Shown here in pieces: positions 57,401 to 64,000 of a stretch of DNA of 64,000 bases (positions are counted from its first letter, which is position 1; every line of letters begins with the position of its first letter). Origin of the DNA: Planctomycetota bacterium (GTDB lineage Bacteria > Planctomycetota > UBA8108 > SXIK01); assembly GCA_965223845.1 (NCBI GenBank), contig CBDCXR010000004.1, positions 5,664,001-5,728,000 of the forward strand. Reading direction: 5' to 3'. The translations under genes were made by a program, and so were the position numbers. Below the pieces are notes generated by a model. That model was not told the DNA's origin and searched no databases. It saw nothing but the letters and a program-made list of their open reading frames with translations.

Positions 57401-58915
57401 ATGCTTCGTTACATCAAGAAACTCACGAGCGAAAAGCAGCCCTACACGACTCCCCTCTACAAGCGCGCTTCGGGCGACGACCATTCGATCGAGCTCCTGT
57501 GGGGAGATCGCGTGCGCGTTTTGGACTCGAGCGGGAGCCGCTTCCGCGTTCGCGCGCGCGGCAAGACAGGCTTCGTCAAAAAGAATCGACTCCAGACGAA
57601 GTCGCTGCTCGAGCTCTACTTCATCGACGTCGGTCAGGGAGACGGTGTGCTCGTGCGAACTCCGGACGACCGCCACATTCTCATCGACGGAGGCTGGCCG
57701 CGCCGAAGTCAGCCGACGGGAAAGAACGCAGCGGATTTCGTCGACTGGAAGTTCGTCAAAGACTACGAACGAAAAACCGTCCATCTCGACGCCATGATCT
57801 GCTCGCACAACGATCAGGATCACTACGGCGGTCTATGGGACTTGCTCGACGTGAAGCAAAAGGACGAGCTCGACGCCGAGGGGGTGACGGTCGAGAACTT
57901 CTATCACGCGGGACTGTCGTGGTGGAAATCCGGCGGGAAGCGAGTCTTGGGACCGTCGATCGAGACGTCCAAGGGCAAGATGTGGACCCGGCTGCTCGAC
58001 GATCGCGCGAGTCTCGAGAAGGGCCTCAAGACGTCGGGAAGCCATCCGAAGCTGCAGGGCGAGTGGGCGAGCTTCCTCCGATCCGTGCGTGACGCGAAGA
58101 GCTCGGGCGGCGCTCCGACCCCCGTAGAGCGCCTCAGCAGCGCGACCGGAGTCTTGCCGGGATTCGACAGCTCCGATCTTCGCATCCACGTCTTGGCGCC
58201 GGTCGAGTTCGACGTGGACGGGAAGTCGGTCATCCGCAAGTTCCCCGACGGGAACAGCAAGAACACGAACGGCAACAGTGTCCTTCTCCGGCTCGACTAC
58301 AAAAAGTCGCGGATCCTTCTCACCGGCGACCTCAACCTCCACAGTCAAACATCGCTCCTCGCGGACTACGGGCGGAACACGGACGTTTTCTTCAGCGATG
58401 TCGCGAAGGCGTGCCACCATGGAAGCGGCGACGTCTCGATCTCCTTTCTCGAACGGATCGAGCCTGCGTGCACCATCATTTCGTCGGGCGACAGCGAAGG
58501 ACACGATCACCCGCGACCGGAGATCATCGCGGCGAGCGGCCTCACCGGAAAGCGAGAGACGCGAGGCGACAAGCTCGTCACACCCCTCGTCTATTCGACG
58601 GAACTCGCGCGCAGTGTGGCGCTCGGACGCGTCACGAAGATCGAGGAGCTTCGAGCGAGCGGAACCGTTCAAGAGACGTACGAAGAGGACGAGCTCAAGA
58701 AGCTGAAGGCTTACTTCAAGGTTGTCGACGCCGGTGCTCGAGCCCCGAAGAGTGGCTCCGCTCGTGTCGCCCACCGTCGGCTGGCGGCGAGCACCACTTA
58801 CGGGTTGATCAACATCCGCACGGACGGCTCGACCATCGTGGCGGCCGCACTCAACGAAAAAGAGTTCAAGTGGAACGTCACGTCGTTCAAGGCGCGGTTT
58901 CCCGGAGTCGGCTGA
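57401..58915 (+). CDS. ComEC/Rec2-like metallo-beta-lactamase-fold hydrolase with N-terminal SH3-like segment
   Basis: DVGQGD, IDGG, SHNDQDH, NGNS, LLTGD, KACHHGS, GHDHP; GGAGG RBS. Confidence 0.85.
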   Translation: MLRYIKKLTSEKQPYTTPLYKRASGDDHSIELLWGDRVRVLDSSGSRFRVRARGKTGFVKKNRLQTKSLLELYFIDVGQGDGVLVRTPDDRHILIDGGWPRRSQPTGKNAADFVDWKFVKDYERKTVHLDAMICSHNDQDHYGGLWDLLDVKQKDELDAEGVTVENFYHAGLSWWKSGGKRVLGPSIETSKGKMWTRLLDDRASLEKGLKTSGSHPKLQGEWASFLRSVRDAKSSGGAPTPVERLSSATGVLPGFDSSDLRIHVLAPVEFDVDGKSVIRKFPDGNSKNTNGNSVLLRLDYKKSRILLTGDLNLHSQTSLLADYGRNTDVFFSDVAKACHHGSGDVSISFLERIEPACTIISSGDSEGHDHPRPEIIAASGLTGKRETRGDKLVTPLVYSTELARSVALGRVTKIEELRASGTVQETYEEDELKKLKAYFKVVDAGARAPKSGSARVAHRRLAASTTYGLINIRTDGSTIVAAALNEKEFKWNVTSFKARFPGVG

Positions 58916-58978
58916 GCCGCATCGCGCGGGAACCCAGGTACTCGCGCCCGAGGACTCGCCCGCAGAGGGGGCGAATCC

Positions 58979-60901
58979 TCAGCGCGATCCGCGCCAAGGA
59001 AACGCGTAACTCGGCTGGTGCACAAAGCGGGAGAGATCGACACGAACTCGGCCCACTGCTCCGGGGGCGAGCTCGATCTGAAGGTGCTTTCCCCCGACGG
59101 AGAGTTCTGCTCCCCCGCCTCGAGCTCGATCGAAGCGGTGTTCGCCGAACGCACCCGCCTGAACGAGAACGACACGCGGTTCGCTGGGCTCGGTGTTCAC
59201 AAGGACGAGTTCGAGGCCCGCATCGGTCACCTTGTCGACCAAGGCCGCGACGCCGGGAGGCAATCCGGGACGACGTCGCTCCGGATCGAAGTGACGAATC
59301 TGGGAGTGGAGGAGGCCGCCGTGGTAAATGTGATTCGGCGCGCCGGTGGTGAGCTGAACGAGGCCTTCGAGAACGACCGGATTGAGCTGCTGCCAGTGAT
59401 GCACATCCTGCTCGTCGACCGTCGTTCGATCGGCGCGGATCTTCGCCAGCCGCCGGAGCGACTCGCGGTAGGTGTCGATGAGAATCGCATCGGGATAGTC
59501 CGGATTCTCGCCGCGAAGGAAGCTCAGCCAGCCTTCCTCGTTGCTTGAGTCGCCTTTTCCTTTCGAGTACCTGGCCCGAGACCAGGACGCCACTTCCGCA
59601 ATTTTCTCGATGCGCTCCCAATCGTCCGCGCGCCGAGAGAGACACCAGAGCTTGATCGGACACTCGGGGTCGAGTGGGCGATAGGCGTACCAACCGCGCT
59701 CGTCGTGCTTGTGCGGAACGACGCGCCGTCCGTTCTCGAGGCGGCTCTGCTTGAGCACAACGTCGATCTGCGATCGCGGCAGCTCGAGATAGCTTGCGTC
59801 TCCGCTCACGAGAAGCGCGTTCGACGCGGCGATCGTAGTCGACTCGAGCAGATTGAAGAATCCGTGGGGCCAGCGCCAGCCGTAGTAGCCGCCCCACCAT
59901 TTCCCGCTGGTGTACTCGCCGATCTCGCCGGAGAGTCCGACGTTGTCCGGGATGATCCCGCCGTTTCGCCGCGTCCGCTCGATCCATGCCGCGACGTATT
60001 CGAGAACCCAGCGGCGATATTTCTCGTCCCCGGTGTAGAGATACGCGTTCACCATCAAGCTCGTCGCGGTCAGATTGAGCGGCACGTCGCCCCGCATCAT
60101 GCGTTCGTTGAGCGCGCGCAGAATGAAGGGAAACTTCGCGTCGTCGACCCATGCGCTGCTGTCGTCGACGTTCGGAATGTCGTCGTACGGCAAGGGGTAG
60201 TGAGCGAGAACGGGTCGGTGCGTCACCCAATCCTCAGCCGAGTTGACGAAACGCGGCCCGCGGCTGCCGTTCAGCGGTGAGCGGATGAGCTTTCGCTCGG
60301 CGTCCCAGTTCGGCGCCTCCGGGTCTTCGTTCAGGTAGAGCCCCGCGAAACGGATCGCGCGTTCGCGATCCTTCGACACGGTCGGATCGGCGAGCCCGAA
60401 GAAGTAGAAATACACGTAGCTCTCGCCGTGGTGCATCCAGTCGTAGTAGGCGTCGAACTCGTTGTGAATTTGTCCGTAGCGAGTGAATTGAAGCGTGACG
60501 GCGTTCCACAGCTTCCGCGAGAGCGCGTGGATCTCTTCGGGACCACCGAGCACATAGTAGAGGGGAAAGTTGTAGAAGCTCTCGTAACCGTCGTCGGAAC
60601 CGTCCATTCCGGGCCAGCGGTCGCGCCAGATGATCGAACCGTCGGGGCGCGTGTACTTCTCGACGAACTCTCGCGCCGCGCTCGCGAGGTGATCGAAGAG
60701 AAAACGCTGGCGGAGCGCCCAGCTCGGCGGCGGAGCCGCGGTGGTGATGCGAAGCGTCGGATACTCGGCCGGCGAGGAAGCGACCGGAGGCTCGATGCCT
60801 TGGCCCGAGCTCGGAATGTCGGCGGAGATCGAAACGAGGGAAGTCGCTGCACTCAGAAGGAGTGCGACCAGAGTGATTCGCCGCGAGCGGATTTCGTTCA
60901 A
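58979..60901 (-). CDS. secreted hypothetical protein, probable (alpha/alpha)-barrel glycoside hydrolase/lyase-like
   Basis: Signal peptide; acidic/aromatic motifs DGSDDGYESFYN, EFDAYYDWMHHGE, NAYLYTGDEKY. TTG 60901 inferred as start (the ORF extends to 60970). Confidence 0.6.
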   Translation of the reverse strand: MNEIRSRRITLVALLLSAATSLVSISADIPSSGQGIEPPVASSPAEYPTLRITTAAPPPSWALRQRFLFDHLASAAREFVEKYTRPDGSIIWRDRWPGMDGSDDGYESFYNFPLYYVLGGPEEIHALSRKLWNAVTLQFTRYGQIHNEFDAYYDWMHHGESYVYFYFFGLADPTVSKDRERAIRFAGLYLNEDPEAPNWDAERKLIRSPLNGSRGPRFVNSAEDWVTHRPVLAHYPLPYDDIPNVDDSSAWVDDAKFPFILRALNERMMRGDVPLNLTATSLMVNAYLYTGDEKYRRWVLEYVAAWIERTRRNGGIIPDNVGLSGEIGEYTSGKWWGGYYGWRWPHGFFNLLESTTIAASNALLVSGDASYLELPRSQIDVVLKQSRLENGRRVVPHKHDERGWYAYRPLDPECPIKLWCLSRRADDWERIEKIAEVASWSRARYSKGKGDSSNEEGWLSFLRGENPDYPDAILIDTYRESLRRLAKIRADRTTVDEQDVHHWQQLNPVVLEGLVQLTTGAPNHIYHGGLLHSQIRHFDPERRRPGLPPGVAALVDKVTDAGLELVLVNTEPSEPRVVLVQAGAFGEHRFDRARGGGAELSVGGKHLQIELAPGAVGRVRVDLSRFVHQPSYAFPWRGSR

Positions 60902-60923
60902 CTCCGCGATCCTTTCGAACCGG

Positions 60924-62279
60924 TCACGATGCCGACGCGCACTCGGCGACAGTCGGTTTCGGCGTTTCACCTTCGCCGAACAGGAATCCGAGAAGCCGCA
61001 GCGCGTCCGCGATGTTCACATCGCCATCGGAGTTCGAGTCGGCGGCGCCGCGGCACGACAGCTCCGCGCCCGCGCCAAACAGCCAATTGAGAACCGCGAG
61101 GACGTCGCTGATGTTGATCGCCTCGTCGCGGTTGGCGTCTCCGCGCAGAGCGGCATCGTCCAGGTGGCTCCGGTTGAGATACACGACGACCGTGTTCTCC
61201 AGCTCCGCCGTCGAGGCGAAGTCATCGCGGCCGTCTTCGTCGAAATCGCCGACGGCGATCCCCCACGGTCCCTTCTCGTGCGGAAACGATTCTGGTGCGG
61301 CGAAGCACCCCTCGCCGTCGCCACGAAGCACGCTGACGGATTCGTCACGCCAATTGCCTGCGACGAGATCGACGTTGCCGTCCTCGTCGAGATCGATCGC
61401 CACGACGGTGAGCGCGTGCGAGGCGAGCTCGTAGTCGTCCCGGCGTTTGAACTTCCGATCCGATAGAGCGGCGACGATGGTCAGCGCGTCGCCGTGGGCC
61501 ACGGCGAGATCAAGGATGCCATCGCCGTCGAAATCGTGCGGTAAGACAAAGTGAACATTCTCGAAGCCAGCGATGTCGTCCCGCGCGAAACTGCCGTCTC
61601 CGCGTCCCCAAAGAAGCGTCGCCGATTCGCTGTACGCGTTCGCGACCGCGAGATCGACGTTGCCGTCGCGATCGATATCGCGGGCGGCGAGTCCCGTAGG
61701 CCCGTCGCCCACCTCGATCGAGGCGGGCAGAGCGAAGCCTCCCTCGCCATCCCCGAGTAAGATCGCGACGTCGTCGTCGTTTCGAACCGGTCCGGCGAGG
61801 TCAGGGTTGCCGTCGCCGTTGAAATCCGCGGTCACGGTCCGCAGGGCGAAATTCCCGATCGGATGCCGGCGCAGATTCGATAGCACGCCCGTACCGTCTC
61901 CGGAGAGAACGTAGAGCTCGCCGTTCGTGTGACTCGACGACGCGACATCCAGGTGTCCGTCGCCGTCGTAATCCGCGATCGCGAGTGAGAGAACGTGGGA
62001 GTCCTCCGTGCCCTCGACGAACACCGGCTCGAGAGGCGTAAACGTCGCGTCGCCGTAGCCGAGATAGACGCGGATGTCGTAGCTGTGGTGGCACGCGACG
62101 ACGAGGTCGAGGTGTCCGTCGGCATCCATGTCCGCGGCATCGATCGTCGCGGGACAGATTCCGGTCGGGAATGACTCGATGTCGAAGCGAACTCGTCCGT
62201 CGGCGGACGCGTGAGTGCCCTGAACGATCGCGAGAGCGAATCCACCCGCCGCCGCGATGAGCTTAGCTCTGGTCGACAT
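60924..62279 (-). CDS. secreted FG-GAP/VCBS repeat protein with C-terminal dockerin-like module
   Basis: Seven D-x-D/N-x-D-G-x-x-D repeats followed by LRGDANRDEAINISD. Confidence 0.85.
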   Translation of the reverse strand: MSTRAKLIAAAGGFALAIVQGTHASADGRVRFDIESFPTGICPATIDAADMDADGHLDLVVACHHSYDIRVYLGYGDATFTPLEPVFVEGTEDSHVLSLAIADYDGDGHLDVASSSHTNGELYVLSGDGTGVLSNLRRHPIGNFALRTVTADFNGDGNPDLAGPVRNDDDVAILLGDGEGGFALPASIEVGDGPTGLAARDIDRDGNVDLAVANAYSESATLLWGRGDGSFARDDIAGFENVHFVLPHDFDGDGILDLAVAHGDALTIVAALSDRKFKRRDDYELASHALTVVAIDLDEDGNVDLVAGNWRDESVSVLRGDGEGCFAAPESFPHEKGPWGIAVGDFDEDGRDDFASTAELENTVVVYLNRSHLDDAALRGDANRDEAINISDVLAVLNWLFGAGAELSCRGAADSNSDGDVNIADALRLLGFLFGEGETPKPTVAECASAS

Positions 62280-62405
62280 TCGCTTCTCTCCCTACGCGAT
62301 GCGTTCCGCGAGACGTTCGCCATTTTCGCGTGATAGAGTGACGAGAGCGAGGAAATCTCGCGCGGCATCGTCTCGGCGTACCGACTTTCACGCGAGGAGG
62401 TCTCT

Positions 62406-63908
62406 GTGTACCGACCCGTGGTTTCCGTCCTCGTTCTCTTCTGTTTCTCTCGTACCGTCGCGCAGGAAGCGGCCTCGCTACCGGCAAGAAAACCGAACGT
62501 CCTTTTCATCGCGATCGACGATCTGAACGACTACGTCTCACCGCTCGACAACCACCCCGGAATCAAAACGCCGAACTTCGATCGTCTCGCCCGGCGGTCG
62601 GTGAATTTCACGAACGCCCACTGCGCCGCGCCCGCCTGCCATCCGTCGCGCGTCGCGGTGATGACAGGCGTTCATCCGACGCGCTCGGGGATCTATCGCA
62701 ATCTCTTTGGCGCGCATGGACCGAGGTGGCGACACGAATCTCCGGTCCTCGAGAAGGCGGTGGTCCTCTCGCAGCACTTCCGCGACCACGGATACCGCGC
62801 GGTCGGAGGCGGCAAGATCTTTCACGCTCTCCAGTGGACTCCCGGTGACTCGCAGAACGATCCGGACGCGTGGGACGATTACTTTCTCGATCCCCTCGAT
62901 CCGATCTCTTCGATCTGGCCGCGCCCGAAGCTCGTTCCGGACGCGGAGGCGGGCCTCACGCCCGGACGACCTCTCGGCGGCCGCTCGCAGCTCTTCGGTG
63001 CAGCGCCGCTCGATTTGCCCGACGACAAGACGGGCGATCACATAGTCGTCGATTGGGCGATCGGAGAGATGAACCGGCCGCAAGAGAAGCCTCTCTTTCT
63101 CGCCGTCGGACTCTTTCGACCGCATATCCCGTGGGAAGTGCCGACGCAGTGGTTCAATCTCTACCCCGAAGCCGAGGTGAAGCTCCCCGAGCATCGCGAA
63201 GGCGACCTCGAGGATGCGCACTCGCACGGCCGCGAAGCGTGGCATCGCTGGGTCACGGGGAACAAGCAGTGGCGACATCTCATGCGCGGCTACCTCGCGA
63301 GCGTGAGCTACGTCGACGGCCAGCTCGGACGACTGCTCGACGCACTCGACACCTCGCCGCTTCGCGGAAAGACGATCGTCATCCTCTGGAGCGACCACGG
63401 CTTCCACATCGGAGAGAAGGAAAACTGGGAGAAGTTCGCCCTCTGGGATCAAACGACGCGCGTGCCACTCTTCATTCACGCCCCGGGAATCAGCAAGGAC
63501 GGCGCGAAGACGCGCGAGCCCGCGACGCTCACCGATCTCTATCCGACTCTCTGCGAGCTTGCCGGACTTCCCGTTCCTTCGCAGTGCGGCGGAGCTTCGC
63601 TTGTGCCGCAGCTCGAGAACCCGAAAGCCGCGCGCGATCGCACGTCGCTAACGTCGTTTCAGTTTCGTGGCGAGAAAACTCCGTCCCACGCCGTCAGCGA
63701 CGCGCGCTACCGCTACATCCGGTACGGGAACGGATTCGAAGAGCTCTACGACCTCGAGAACGATCCGCACGAGTTCTCGAATCGCGCCGGGGACCCATCG
63801 CTCGCGGAGACGAAGAAGCAATTGGCGAGCGCGATCCCTGCGCACGTCACGCCGATGCGGCCGATCCCGAAGAGCTCGCCGTACCAGCGAGTGCGGCGGC
63901 GCGAGTAG
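62406..63908 (+). CDS. formylglycine-dependent sulfatase (iduronate-2-sulfatase-like)
   Basis: PNVLFIAIDDL, CHPSR..MTG, GKIFH, RPHIPW, SDHG, EKFALW, ELYDLENDPHE; GAGGAGG RBS. Confidence 0.93.
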   Translation: MYRPVVSVLVLFCFSRTVAQEAASLPARKPNVLFIAIDDLNDYVSPLDNHPGIKTPNFDRLARRSVNFTNAHCAAPACHPSRVAVMTGVHPTRSGIYRNLFGAHGPRWRHESPVLEKAVVLSQHFRDHGYRAVGGGKIFHALQWTPGDSQNDPDAWDDYFLDPLDPISSIWPRPKLVPDAEAGLTPGRPLGGRSQLFGAAPLDLPDDKTGDHIVVDWAIGEMNRPQEKPLFLAVGLFRPHIPWEVPTQWFNLYPEAEVKLPEHREGDLEDAHSHGREAWHRWVTGNKQWRHLMRGYLASVSYVDGQLGRLLDALDTSPLRGKTIVILWSDHGFHIGEKENWEKFALWDQTTRVPLFIHAPGISKDGAKTREPATLTDLYPTLCELAGLPVPSQCGGASLVPQLENPKAARDRTSLTSFQFRGEKTPSHAVSDARYRYIRYGNGFEELYDLENDPHEFSNRAGDPSLAETKKQLASAIPAHVTPMRPIPKSSPYQRVRRRE

Positions 63909-64000
63909 ACGGCGCCCTGGCGCGACTTGCGCGTGAGCATGCCGAACTCTCGACCCCGGTCGCTTGATGCGCGTGCCTTGCCGAGCCCCTGGCAGCAGTT

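Overview
High-GC bacterial window. The gene content (secreted proteins with Cys-stabilised dockerin-like tails, an ECF sigma factor/Ser-Thr kinase pair, a giant multiheme cytochrome c, a sulfatase) suggests Planctomycetota; this is an inference. About 33 CDSs are supportable. The standout is a compact, translationally coupled three-gene RiPP-like operon at 49865-54365. It encodes (i) a 315-aa precursor with a 16-aa N-terminal segment, a 236-aa core holding 41 Cys of which 40 sit in C-x-x-x-[S/T] units (25 consecutive hexads, mostly C-x-x-P-[T/S]-x), and a 63-aa coiled-coil follower; (ii) a stand-alone HopA1/OspF-like phospho-Ser/Thr lyase; and (iii) a Ser/Thr kinase-LanC cyclase fusion. Together these suggest a split (class V-like) lanthipeptide machine acting on a giant poly-thioether substrate. 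Other notable items are a probable selenoprotein thioredoxin split by an in-frame UGA (U-G-P-C, 27020-28066), a dockerin/cohesin-like scaffold gene behind a sigma54 promoter next to a kinase-ATPase-TPR-bEBP fusion, an 8-fold Cys repeat in a secreted protein, a 39-bp inverted-repeat element, and an EndoU + MBL-hydrolase gene pair. No rRNA, tRNA, CRISPR array or transposase was recognised. All calls come from reading motifs by eye; no searches were run.
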